DNA of 64,000 nt, from contig NIVC01002259.1 in NCBI GenBank assembly GCA_002269645.1, forward strand, positions 62,001 to 126,000, written 5' to 3'. The stretch is from Macrostomum lignano. Lineage: Eukaryota. How positions within the stretch are numbered: the first letter of the stretch is position 1; each line of letters starts with the position of its first letter. Positions 27,913 to 40,049 of the stretch are shown in pieces. The position numbers and the translations under genes are program-made. The notes beneath the pieces were generated by a model, which had not been told where the DNA came from, searched no databases, and worked only from the letters and a program-made list of their open reading frames with translations.

Positions 27913-28135
27913 CCTCTCTCCCCTCATTGCAACTCTGTGAGTGCTCCGTTGGACTGTACAATCTACTGTTAATTTATATACATTTCTGACTTTTATCAAC
28001 CCGTTCTTAGTCTTAATTGGTAAATATTAATGAACAAATAAATTGTTACTAATTTTAAAAGCCTGACAATGCCTGACGCAAGGCGAAACATGTTGCATAA
28101 AAAATGATAGTGCTCACCTTAATTCTACTTTTTCT
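27131..28135 (+). mobile_element. Penelope-like retroelement remnant (RT C-terminal region plus GIY-YIG) with inverted terminal arms
   Basis: Disrupted frame WTSFHKEICFISTYFSKNNY..YIFIPFYGP..AGVVYQFN/CSGN*SITYIGETTRYLYVRSREH..ALYIKLRKLILNKQ; 27131-27203 is the reverse complement of 28066-28135. Confidence 0.85.
28061..28096 (+). ncRNA. Degenerate minimal hammerhead ribozyme in the Penelope terminal repeat
   Basis: G-CCTGACAA-T-GCCT[GACGCA]AGGC-GAAACATGTT-GC: CUGAnGA-like core (G8 to A), stem II GCCT/AGGC, GAAA, palindromic ACATGT stem III; position typical of Penelope-element hammerheads. Confidence 0.55.
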
Positions 28136-28645
28136 TAGACGCGCAACTTAACCACAGATTCTAGAAAGTAAAGACCCAAGGGGGATGAAGTGGGTGTGGC
28201 TCTGTATTTTGGCAAAAATTTGCTTGGTCATCCTTTGATTTTTTTGGTCCTAACTCAATTCCTAAAGGATTGCCCCTAAGGGAAAGGGCAACTGACTCTT
28301 CTCTTACCCTCCTAGTTATACCAATAATCCTGTCTTCCTGACAATGGTCTAGACTTAGATAATATTATAATATTTGAGACATAGATTACACAGATTAGCT
28401 TATAGAATATATTAGCATATTTTTATTTATAGCTGTTCAATATACTATTTGTATCCTGTGATATAAGAAAATATATACAAGTTTTATTATAAACCCTTTA
28501 GGCATATTCTAGTTTATAGTCTTGAAAAATATGAATGCATAGCTAAATGCTCTTACAGTTTGTTTCTATATTATATACTTTTACAATGATACATTAATAA
28601 ACTTTTTATGCTAACAGAAGTTGGCTACATTAAAGAAGTTTCCAC

Positions 28646-31339
28646 ATGTCCAACAGATGGCGCTTATTGACAATTGACTTTCTCTCCTGCTTTGGCAATA
28701 GAGATGATGTTTCTAACCAGGTATGGTATATTAAAACAGAATGTATTGCATTAATTTTTCCTTTGTACTATCTATAGTAAATAAATTTGACTAATTAGTT
28801 AAAATCTCTTTATTCCTAATCACTACATAGTGTTAATGTTTACAGAGAAAATGGTTGATTATAAAGATGACAAGAATGTTTGTGATTTAGTGATCATACA
28901 TGTGCAACCTTGGGAATCACCTAGCCGTTTCTATTGGCAACACACATGTAAGTCGCTATTGGCTGAGAGCAGTCATGTGACTACTATTCCATCCAATAGC
29001 AACTTAAATGTGTGTGTTGCCAATAGAAACAGCCGGGTGAATCCCTAAGTTGTGCCCAAGCATGTTAGTGATGGTCTGGTTTAGTTAATGAATCCATTTT
29101 TAGTGTGGGGAGATTCAGATTAGGGCAAGGGGGTAAGTGCAGGGATAGGGATTAGAGTGAGAGAATAGGGATCAGACTGAGGGGATAGAGATTAGAGTGA
29201 GGGATAGGGATTAGTGTGGGGGAATATTGATCAGGGTGAGGGGGTAGGGATTAGAGTGAGGGGATAGAGATTAGAGTGAAAGGATAGGGATTAGTGCAGG
29301 GGAGTATGGATCAGGGTGAGGGGGTAGGGATTAGAGTGATTGGATAGAGATTAGAGTGAAAGGATAGGGATTAGTGCGGACGAGTATGGATCAGGGTGAG
29401 GGAATAGGGATTAGAGTGAGGAGATATGGATTGAGTGAAGGGTTAAGGATTAGAGTGAGGGGATTGTTCTAGTAAACAGACAATAAAATAAGATAAGCTG
29501 AAAAGGATTAAACTAGCTTAACTCCCAATATTTTGCTACCTTAGCCAAATGTGCAGAAAAGCACACTGAGCCCTGGCCTCTCAATCAATACATGACAATT
29601 CTAGAGACGGTTGATCGATCGCAGTGCTATCGGTGAACCAACGGGATTCCGGCACACTGGGCACATAGGCAGCGACTCCGCTGCTATAGTTGACGTGAGT
29701 TTCAAGCCTGCGCTTATACCATTTATAAACTTGAAACATCACATCGAATTTGAAACCTCAAACTAGCTCTGTCCCATGCCCCCTGTGCCCTCCCTCATGC
29801 CCCCTGTGCCCTCCCCCATGGTCATGTGCCCTTCCCCATGGTCATGTGCCCTTCCCCATGGTCATGTGCCCTTCCCCATGGTCATGTGCCCTTCCCCATG
29901 GTCATGTGCCCTTCCCCATGGTCATGTGCCCTTCCCCATGGTCATGTGCCCTTCCCTATGGTCATGTGCCCTTCCCCATGGTCATGTGCCCTTCCCCATG
30001 GTCATGTGCCCTTCCCATGGTCATGTGCCCTTCCCCATGGTCATGTGCCCTTCCCCATGGTCATTTGCCCTTCCCCATGGTCATGTGCCCTTCCCCATGG
30101 TCATGTGCCCTTCCCCATGGTCATGTGCCCTTCCCTATGGTCATGTGCCCTTCCCCATGGTCATGTGCCCTTCCCCATGGTCATGTGCCCTTCCCCATGG
30201 TCATGTGCCCTTCCCCATGGTCATTTGCCCTTCCCCATGGTCATGTGCCCTTCCCCATGGTCATGTGCCCTTCCCCATGGTCATGTGCCCTTCCCCATGG
30301 TCATGTGCCCTTCCCATGGTCATGTGCCCTTCCCCATGGTCATGTGCCCTTCCCCATGGTCATGTGCCCTTCCCCATGGTCATGTGCCCTTCCCCATGGT
30401 CATACCCAAGTGCCCTTCCCCATGGTCATACCCAAGTGCCCTTCCCCATGGTCATACCCAAGTGCCCTTCCCCATGGTCATACCCAAGTGCCCTTCCCCA
30501 TGGTCATACCTTCCCCATGGTCATACCCAAGTGCCCTTCCCCATGGTCATACCTTCCCCATGGTCATATGCCCTCCCCCATGGTCATACCCAAGTGCCCT
30601 TCCCCATGGTCATACCCAAGTGCCCTCCCCCATGGTCATACCCAAGTGCCCTTCCCCATGGTCATACCCAAGTGCCCTTCCCCATGGTCATACCCAAGTG
30701 CCCTTCCCCATGGTCATACCTTCCCCATGGTCATACCTTCCCCATGGTCATACCTTCCCCATGGTCATACCTTCCCCATGGTCATACCTTCCCCATGGTC
30801 ATACCTTCCCCATGGTCATACCTTCCCCATGGTCATACCCAAGTGCCCTTCCCCATGGTCATACCTTCCCCATGGTCATACCTTCCCCATGGTCATACCC
30901 CAGTGCCCTGCCCTTGGTCATACCCCAGTGCCCTGCCCTTGGTCATACCCAAGCGGTTGATTGATCCGAGAGAATTCGCCCTTCCAATCAATCGTATTCC
31001 CATTCACAGTTCAGCAGCATCGATCAGCAGCAGCAGCAGCAGTTCTCCCAGGCCGACAGTAGCAGTGGTGTCCCAGCCTCCAGCCGCTTCATCGACTTAG
31101 CCGTTCTGCGGGAGCAGAACTTTGAGCTGGCTAAATTAAGCGCCTATTTTCGCGGCCCGAGCTCCGCCTCGGCGGCGGCCGATGCTGTACCGAAAGAGCC
31201 CGGCGATGCCGACAGTGACAGCGGCCCGGATGCTGCCGTCGCCGAAGCTTCAACGGCGGGCGACGTAACGGCGGCTTATTTGGCGGCCTCTATGTCGCGC
31301 CCGTCGCCTGCGGCGGCCGCCACCGCTGCGGCTTTGTAA
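28646..31339 (+). CDS. CDC42SE: CDC42 small effector (SPEC/CDC42SE)-like CRIB protein, 164 aa
   Basis: Exons 28646-28720 (MSNRWRLLTIDFLSCFGNRDDVSNQ, GTATGG), 29605-29694 (RRLIDRSAIGEPTGFRHTGHIGSDSAAIVD, GTGAGT), 31010-31339 (FSSIDQQQ..AAAL*), all phase 0. CRIB ISxPxxFxHxxHxG preceded by the SPEC-type RRxIDRSxIGEP. Confidence 0.85.
29115..29465. repeat. About 20-bp degenerate minisatellite (GGGATTAGAGTGAGGGGATA) in CDC42SE-like intron 1
   Basis: Tandem periodicity. Confidence 0.85.
29772..30950. repeat. Minisatellite built on CCCATGGTCAT; 20-bp unit shifting to 26-bp and 18-bp units, in CDC42SE-like intron 2
   Basis: CCCATGGTCATGTGCCCTTC, then CCCATGGTCATACCCAAGTGCCCTTC, then CCCATGGTCATACCTTCC. 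Confidence 0.96.
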
Positions 31340-31971
31340 ATTAATCAGGGACTAACCACAGATGCTATAATGATGGCTAGATGGGCCGTTTTATGCATGC
31401 AGCCGTTAATGTACATTAGCCCAGCGCCACTGAGAATGTACATGGCGGGCAGCCTTAAGCCATGAAATAAGGAGCCATTGCAAACAACTCGCTGGTAACT
31501 AAGTGCTCAGTAATTCTACAGCGACCTCAGAGTCGCAGACAATAAAACACCTCAAATTGACCCTTAGGCGACTGACTCTTCGACAACTTTTCAGCAACTT
31601 GTACCGTGACATCTCGTCATCTGTAGAGTCACCTCTTTCCTATTTTACCTCTGGTACCTGCACCAACTCTGGTACTCTAGGTACCAGAATTAGAAGTGGT
31701 TGAAGTGGTCCTTCTAGTAGGTATTTATGGTTATCTGTGAGACTATTGCAATAAATAAACTTAAATTATGACAGTGAGTTCAGCCAGTGAGTGCACTGCA
31801 AGATAAGTATGAAGAAAATATAATTTATGCGTGTGTGATAGATATGAAGGACGAGAAAATAGAAGTGTAGAGCAAAGCCAAAGACAGGGGTTGAGACTCG
31901 AGAACGCAATGGAAAGTTGCGAAAAACCCCTAGGAATTCCCACAATGAAGAGGGGCGAAACCCAGGTCCCC

Positions 31972-32475
31972 AATTTTTAAGTCCCAAATCCCTCGTATCT
32001 TAAATCCCAAATCCTTATTTCTTGAAACCCAAATCCACTATTTCTTGAATCCCAAATCCTTTATTTCATAGATCCCAAATCCCTTATTTCTTGAAATCCA
32101 AATCCCTTATTTCTTGAAATCCAAATCCCTTATTTCTTGAAACCCAAATCCCCTATTTCTTGAAACCCAAATCCCCTATTTCTTGAATTCCAAATCCCCT
32201 ATTTCTTGAAACCCAAATCCCCTATTTCTTGAAACCCAAATCCCCTATTTCTTGAATCCCAAATCCCCTATTTCTTGAAACCCAAATCCCCTATTTCTTG
32301 AAACCCAAATCCCCTATTTCTTGAATCCCAAATCCCCTATTTCTTGAATCCCAAATCCCCTATTTCTTGAAACCCAAATCCCCTATTTCTTGAAACCCAA
32401 ATCCCCTATTTCTTGAATCCCAAATCCCCTATTTCTTGAAACCCAAATCCCCTATTTCTTGAATCCCAAATCCTG
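31972..32475. repeat. 23-bp minisatellite (CCCAAATCCCCTATTTCTTGAAA)n
   Basis: Tandem periodicity. Confidence 0.94.
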
Positions 32476-33644
32476 TATTTTTAAATCCCTAATACGTCAT
32501 TTCTTGAACATTAAATCCTTCATTTCCAAGCTGGATTTCCAAGTCCCAAATAAATATTTGGTATTATGCAGCTCTACAAGTGTTTAATTACAATATGCAT
32601 GCAGCTAATTTTATTTAACTAAAAGTATTTTACAGAAATGGCCTGAAAATCGTTAAAAGCAGATTTTTTCACCTCGTACCTTTGAGCTATTTCATTCATA
32701 TTTTCCATTAGTAATTGGTCATTTGACGAAGCCACCGACCGATACCAAAATAACTAGATGGGGCCACTCAGGCATATATGCTTAGTAAAAGCTTAGCAAA
32801 ACAGCTTTCTACTTTCAGTTCAGTAGCAGAGGAGAACATTAGGCTATTTTATAAAAATAAAGGAAGCTGAAATGACTTTGATAAGTTTAGAAGCCCAAGC
32901 TTGCAGGCGTAAACAACTTGCTAATTGGTTCAGCAATAATGTACATTGGCCAGTCCACTGAAATGTACATGGCAGCTTTAGGCTGAATTCCGAGAAAGGC
33001 AATAAAAATTGGGGCGGGGGCAGTGTGGAAAGGCGCGGTTGGAGGGTTTAAGCTGGGGGAAAGAGCCAATAAATGAGCCTTCGCTTTAAAAATACATTAA
33101 AATGCTTCCGTTTAACTTACTACTGAACTGAAAGTAGCTTACACGCTGAGTGACCCATCCAGTTATTCTAGTATCTGTGGACGAAGCATGCAACATTTCG
33201 AAAGCTTTATATTGTGTCTTAGTAAATTCTGATGCCCTATACACAATGCAATACAAATTTATATGCAATAGTATTAGCAGTTATGAGACTCCACATTGCA
33301 TATTATTAACTCAGATTTATCACTTCCATGCATAGATTTCCAAATATTCATGCTTTGCATATTATTTGAATATTCACTGATTATTGACGCCGTCGCGGCA
33401 CATTATTTGATTATTGTTCTGATCTTTTCCATGTTATGACAATCTTTCTGAAAGCTAACTTTTTCTTTACTAATTAATTTTTAAAGTACTCACTTTATAA
33501 ATTGCGTTTTTATTGATTTTTGTTACACGCTATAATTATAGCTAGGATTTTCAAAATGCGATTGCTACCGCTAGTAGTAGTATTTTTAACATTGCTGATA
33601 ATAGAACCTCATAAATGCGAAATCTAATCTTGATCTAGATTTGA

Positions 33645-34820
33645 TTCAAGCTAGATTTAGCTAAATTTGATGCTGTCTGTAGCTAGATCTCAAACTAGAT
33701 GTAGCTAGATCTCCAGCTAGCTGTAGCTAGATCTCCGGCTAGCTGCAGCTAGATCTCAGGCTAGCTGTAGCTAGATCTCCGGCTAGCTGTAGCTAGATCT
33801 CTGACTAGATGTAGCTATATCTCAGGCTAGCTGTAGCTAGATCTCCGGCTAGATGTAGCTAGATCTCCGGCTAGATGTAGCTAGATCTCTGGCTAGATGT
33901 AGCTAGATCTCCGGCTAGATGTAGCTAGATCTCCGGCTAGATGTAGCTATATCTCTGACTAGATGTAGCTAGATCTCAGACTAGATGTAGCTAGATCTCC
34001 GGCTAGCTGTAGCTAGATCTCTGACTAGATGTAGCTATATCTCAGGCTAGCTGTAGCTAGATCTCCGGCTAGCTGTAGCTAGATCTCTGACTAGATGTAG
34101 CTAGATCTCAGACTAGATGTAGCTAGATCTCAGGCTAGCTGTAGCTAGATCTCTGACTAGATGTAGCTAGATCTCCGGCTAGATGTAGCTAGATCTCCGG
34201 CTAGATGTAGCTAGATCTCTGGCTAGATGTAGCTAGATCTCCGGCTAGATGTAGCTAGATCTCCGGCTAGATGTAGCTAGATCTCTGACTAGATGTAGCT
34301 AGATCTCTGGCTAGATGTAGCTAGATCTGACACCAAATTTAGCTAGATCTCTGGCTAGATGTAGCTAGATCTCAGGCTAGATGTAGCTAGATCTCAGGCT
34401 AGATGTAGCTAGATCTCAGGCTAGATGTAGCTAGATCTCCGGCTAGATGTAGCTAGATCTCAGGCTAGATGTAGCTAGATCTCCGGCTAGATGTAGCTAG
34501 ACCTCCGGCTAGATGTATCTAGATCTGACACCAAATTTAGCTAGATCTCTGGCTAGATGTAGCTAGATCTCAGGCTAGATGTAGCTAGATCTCAGGCTAG
34601 ATGTAGCTAGATCTCCGGCTAGATGTAGCTAGATCTCCGGCTAGATGTATCTAGATCTGACACCAAATTTAGCTAGATCTCTGGCTAGATGTAGCTAGAT
34701 CTCAGGCTAGATGTAGCTATATCTCCGGCTAGATGTAGCTATATCTCCGGCTAGATGTAGCTAGACCTCCGGCTAGATGTATCTAGATCTGACACCAAAT
34801 TTAGCTAGATCTCTGGCTAG
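33645..34820. repeat. 22-bp palindrome-rich minisatellite (GCTAGATCTCCGGCTAGATGTA)n
   Basis: Tandem periodicity; contains TAGCTA, AGATCT and CCGG palindromes. Confidence 0.95.
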
Positions 34821-35323
34821 CTGTTGAAATGTAACTAGATTTTAGAGATTCCAAACCAACAGATTTTAAGACTCAAGCTTCAGCAATGTTGTTCTATTGC
34901 TACTACGTAACGGCTGGATTTGTTGCTGTGTACTTGACGCTTCCATCGATTTATTGTTGAATTGTTTCGTACGGCAGCTGTCTGCCTGTCAATCACTTGC
35001 CATGTCCTCGCAAATTAAACTACGCTGATGCTTGACGCTCTTGACTTCAATATACTGTCCAATCCGCCTTTTGACTAATTTGTCTATTCAAATTCAATTT
35101 AGGTGTTCGATTTTTCCATCCCCTAATATTAAGGCTCAGAACAGTACCGAGACTATTTTTAATTACTGGATTATTGAATAAAACTATATTTAATTTGATT
35201 CTGTTTCTGTTCCGTTTGCCACTGCGGCAGGAATCCAAGCCTTTTTTACCGGCTATTGAAAACTTCCATGAAGTATCTATTTCTTTGTTCTTCTTTTTTG
35301 ACGTTGCCATAAGATCGCATAAC

Positions 35324-35606
35324 AAGGCCCTTTGATGTCTCTTCCATACGGATTGTGCGGCAAGGCCCTTTGATGTCTCTTCCATACGGATTGTGCGGCA
35401 AGGCCCTTTGATGTCTCTTCCATACGGATTGTGCGGCAAGGCCCTTTGATGTCCCTTCCATACGGATTGTGCGGCAAGGCCCTTTGATGTCTCTTTCATA
35501 CGGATTGTGCGGCAAGGCCCTTTGATGTCTCTTTCATACGGATTGTGCGGCAAGGTCCTTTGATGTCTTTTCCAGACGGATTGTGCGGCAAAGCCCTTTG
35601 ATGTCA
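35324..35606. repeat. 38-bp minisatellite (CAAGGCCCTTTGATGTCTCTTCCATACGGATTGTGCGG), about 7 copies
   Basis: Period 38 (35361 to 35399). Confidence 0.94.
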
Positions 35607-36078
35607 CTTCTTAATCGTCAGGCATGTACACTCTGTGCCTTGGGGTTGGCCCTCATGGGTGTGAATCGCACGAATCGCCAATTTTCTTGCCCAAGCCCCA
35701 AATGTGGCTGCGCAAGTGCGCATAGAATCGCGCTGCCCCTGATTGTGCGCAAGTTTCTTTGATGAGTTTGCATTTGATGACTTTTGCATTTTTCAATAAC
35801 AAAAAATCGGTGATCCATCCTGTTTGACTTATTTAAAGTGGAACGCAAATTGTTTTAAGAAGATCTAAGTCGACTCATTTATTTATCGTTGAGGTTTCTA
35901 AAATTGGATGCCCTTGAAAAAGAGAAAGGGAGTAGGCTGTATTTCGATCTGAAAAGCAGTGTAAATAACTTTTTTTAATAATTACCGCGTTTTACACATC
36001 GAGAGAAGCAGAGGAAAATGTTGGGATTTAAAACGCAAATAAAAGGAAGGAAAGTAAAGAAAGTATTTATAAAATCAA

Positions 36079-37735
36079 TCACAAGATGGCGCAGCCCTCC
36101 AGCTCCTCGGAGATCATGTGCTGAAGGTTCATCAGTCCGCTAGCCGATGCCTCCACAATTTCCTGGTTGAGATTCTCCAGTACCGCGCCCTGCTCCTCCA
36201 TGATTTGCTTCTGTTAAATCGAGGTTTTATTAATGAAGTTTAAACTTGTTTGTTAAGATACGTTTAAACCATGGGTCCCTGAGGTTCGGTTCATGCGCAA
36301 GCCAGCCAATCAGATTAAAGATGGGGGGAGGAATAGTGCCAGTCGACTGGGGGCACTGGAGTTGGGTTGAGGCGTAAGCCAGCCAATCAAATTGAAGATG
36401 GGGAAAGGAATAGTGCCAGTCGACTGGGGGCACTGGAGTTGGGTTCAGGCGTAAGCCAGCCAATCAAATTGAAGATGGGGAAGGAATAGTGCCAGTCGAC
36501 TGGGGGGCACTGGAGTTGGGTTCAGGCGCAAGCCAGCCAATCAGATTGACGATGGTGGGAGGAATAGTGTCATTCAAGCCTCACCCGTTTTTCATCAATC
36601 TCCTCGGGCAGTTGGCCCAGCGCGCTGGCTTCCTGAGCCAAGTTGAGCAGCTGTATGGTGACGCCCGGCCCAACCTCACCGCCGTCGTAGATCTCGGTCA
36701 TGGAGGCGTACACTTGGCCAAGCCGGAGACACCGGCTGTGCTCCTCCTCCGTCAGTTCGGCCGCCTTTGACTCCGCGTATTCTGGCAGCTGAATGATACA
36801 GTAGTGTAAAGAAACACGCTATTCATTGTATAGGAACTCGTAAAACTGCTCACTTAAAAACTCACCGCTCTGGCAAGGAACGACACGAACGGGTATTGCA
36901 CATCCTTGGCCAGGTTCTTGGCAAGAATGGGCATCATGAAACTCATGATGAGGTTGCCAGCTGAGTTGACTATTTCGCCGCCAACGCTGTCCTCCATCTC
37001 TTCAAGCAGAGATCCCATCAAACCTTTTTTTGAGGATGCGTTTGAAAGGGGAAATATACTTCGTTCTTTTTTATTATAAGAAATCGATCGAGGGGCCAAT
37101 CAATACGAGCTAAGCCAATAAGGGGTGGGCAACTCCTTATCAGCCAATAAGGGGTAGGCAATTCCTTTTCAGCCAATGGGGGGTGGGCTACTCCTTATCA
37201 GCCAATGAGGGTTGGGCTACTACTGATCAGCCAATATGGGCTACTCCTTATCAGCCAATGAGGGGTGGGCTACTCCTGATCATCCAATAGGGTGGGCTAC
37301 TCCTTTATCAGGCCATGAATACTAATTAAAAGGCTGAATATTGGCTCCTCCTCTCACCAAGAAGCGTGTCCAGCTGCTCGGGTTCCTCTTCCTCCTCTCT
37401 GTGCTCTTCCTCTTCCTCCTCTGGCGAGTCGAACAGGTGATGAAGCCGATTGGTGAGGCTGCTTTTCGCTTGTTGATCGTCTGGGCTGTCCTGAATGTTT
37501 TCATATAAGTAACCAACGTACAGTTTCTAATATAACTAGATATCATGAAACTATTTAGCTATTCTTACATCAAGTGTTCTGCGCGCTTCGTTTAACCAGC
37601 GTATGGTGCGTCGCAGATTCCTCTGGCCGAGCTGGTCGCCAGTACTGCTCATGCTGGGCACCCGCATGAAGCCGGGGAACGCCTGCAGTGCGTTGAACAT
37701 GATCTGGCGCTGTCTGGCCGTCAGCTGCACGCCAC
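36079..37735 (-). CDS. PEX19: Divergent PEX19-like protein (peroxisomal membrane protein receptor) with C-terminal CaaX CAIL; 5' end uncertain
   Basis: Exons 37735-37569, 37490-37358, 37023-36866, 36788-36585, 36210-36079 with GT-AG ends and consistent phases (0,1,0,0). MMPILAKNLAKDVQYPFVSFLARALPEY..QLLNLAQEASALGQLPEEI resembles the PEX19 C-terminal domain (recalled human NLLSKDVLYPSLKEITEKYPEW..LGHPPKEL); ends GCAIL*. Confidence 0.72.
36298..36568. repeat. 77-bp intronic tandem repeat (about 3.5 copies) with CCAAT and palindrome CCAGTCGACTGG
   Basis: GCCAGCCAATC at 36301, 36378, 36455, 36532. Confidence 0.93.
37107..37310. repeat. About 30-bp intronic repeat (CAGCCAATGAGGGGTGGGCTACTCCTTAT)
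   Basis: Degenerate tandem periodicity, CCAAT in each unit. Confidence 0.85.
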
Positions 37736-37855
37736 CTGCGTTGATTGCGTTTGTCCGCGAGGACTTGGTGAAGACAATCAATAGAGATCGATTGACGGAT
37801 TGACGGAAAGCAGTAAAGGCAGGGTACGAGCGCGTTGTGACAGGATTGGCGAGTG

Positions 37856-38135
37856 ACGGGCTGGGGAAGGGAGTAGGCTAGGTACATACAGTTGCAGGGG
37901 CGAGAGACGGGCTGGGCAAGGAAGGGAGTGGGCTATGTACATACAGTTGGAGGGGCGAGAGACGGGCTGGGGAAGGGAGTAGGCTAGGTACATACAGTTG
38001 GAGGGGCGAGTGACGGGCTGGGGAAGGGAGTAGGCTAGGTACATACAGTTGCAGGGGCGAGAGACGGGCTGGGCAAGGAAGGGAGTGGGCTATGTACATA
38101 CAGTTGGAGGGGCGAGAGACGAGCTGGGTAAGGGA
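37856..38135. repeat. 51/55-bp alternating minisatellite upstream of the PEX19-like exons
   Basis: GGGCTGGG(G/C)AAGG..GTACATACAGTTG..GGGGCGAG units. Confidence 0.88.
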
Positions 38136-40049
38136 GTGGGTATAAAGCTAAAGATCAGGGAGCTAAAGATTAGAGAGTCCAGAGAACCTACAGGTTCTCA
38201 GTGGCTTCTACCCTATCTACGTGCATGTAAATAGATCTACAAAGTGCTTGTAACTAGTACATGTACATGCATTCCTGATTACAAATGTATTTCAGTGATG
38301 ATAAAGGATCACTGGCTGCATAAAGCGCACAATCAGGCTTAATTCACTTTCCAGAGAATCCCGATCGTACATCTGCAAAACCAATAATATAGCTGCTTGA
38401 CTTTAAATCAGTGCAACAAAATGGGAAGTGCAGGAAAATTTAATAGGCTACAGCACGCGGCTACAATGAAGCTCATTCAGTGCATGCAAATAATATGTCA
38501 TAAGTTGTATGCAGTTAGTGCATGCTGTACTGTACTTTTATGTTGGCGCCGTACAATATCGATAAAAAGCAGCACAATTTTCGTAATTAATCAGCTGTGT
38601 TTTAATGGTGGGCTATTTCCAGATGTTATACCGTGTCCATAATTTTTTCTATAACTTCTATATTTATTCAACTAATATTCGATAAAAGCTGATTATGTTA
38701 AATTATTTTATTCATGTTAATTGGTGCTATAGAAAGAGCATTGTATAATTAAAAAAATATGAATAGAATCGTGCTATCCGTAGAATGACTATCCAATTCC
38801 ATTAAGCTATTTCAACCCTTCCCTTAGGAATAGGTGAAGACAATATTTTGTCGCAGGAGTTCAAACCCGGAGATTTAAGATTTGTTTGATTTCGAGTCTA
38901 ATTTGAACTTTTGCGACCTAATATAGTTCATCATAAACGAACTTATGAAACTAAAGCAAGCGTTAAAATAACAGAAATTAAAGTCTTAGTAATATTCATA
39001 TTTAATTTTAATTATTGTAAATTTATACTGTACATTTAAGGCATTTCTCTCCCTAGATTTCCGTACTTGTAAATTAAATTTTGAAAGCAAACTACTGTAG
39101 ATTTATCATGTTCATATACTATTTTATTATATACTATCACTGAGGCTCCTTAGTTTCTCTTCCAATAATTATTTCCTACAAAATCGACAGTTTAACAACG
39201 TCTTTTGTTAAAAGTGAAGCATTGAATTTTTTAATTTTAGGCGTACTTTTATTTAACATGTTAAGATTAATTAATTCATTTAAATAAAGGCCGATAAAAA
39301 TTTGATGCAACAAAAGCATTTTTAATATAAAAATCACTTAGTACAGGAAACAAAGGAAGTCGATAATTTTCGTGCCAGCCGTGAGCATAAACTGCAGTAT
39401 CCACTGTTGGGCCAGACTCCCAATACATGCATGCAATTTCAGATATTAATGTATAAAATTAATAACTAATTACAGTTGCCATGCAGATGCAGCTTTGTTT
39501 TAAAGTTTTTTTTCCATTTTAGTTTTAAAAACACAGCCCAGATAGCAGTATTTATAGAGAACTAGTTGAGGCAAAGCGAACAAAAATAAAAAAATTAATT
39601 TCTATAAATCCATTTTATATGTATAAAAGCCCAAGAAAATCACGGAGCAGTTAGTTAAGTAATTAATAGGGGCTTGAGAAGACGGTGCGTGATCGCGACG
39701 ATTCGGCGTGAAGACTTTCTTTGCTGGTTAATAAGAGTAATTTAGTAAAAACTTCCATTCATAGCGGGAAGATAAAAGCGGCAAACGATTAGGCGAGCAA
39801 GTCAAATTCAATCGCATAGAAAACGGTTGCCAGACAGCAAACTAAAAGGGGGGCTTATCTAGCAAAAAGCAATACAAAAACCGGCCCGATTAGGCCAGGA
39901 AAAACTGAAGGCTAAGACACTGAGCGCGCACTTCCTACTCTTAGTAGTAGAGGCGTTGCGTTAGCGCGCGGGCAGAGGAAATTATTGGCAGGTAGGGGGA
40001 GGGGGCGAGGAAGTCAAATCCGGAGGAGGGGCGCGGGGGCACAGGTGAG

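Noticed and set aside
29750-31000. Pro/His/Cys-rich ORFs in three frames
   Set aside because: An intronic minisatellite of the CDC42SE-like gene
38850-38875. B-box-like GAGTTCAAACC
   Set aside because: No cloverleaf or A-box; not a tRNA
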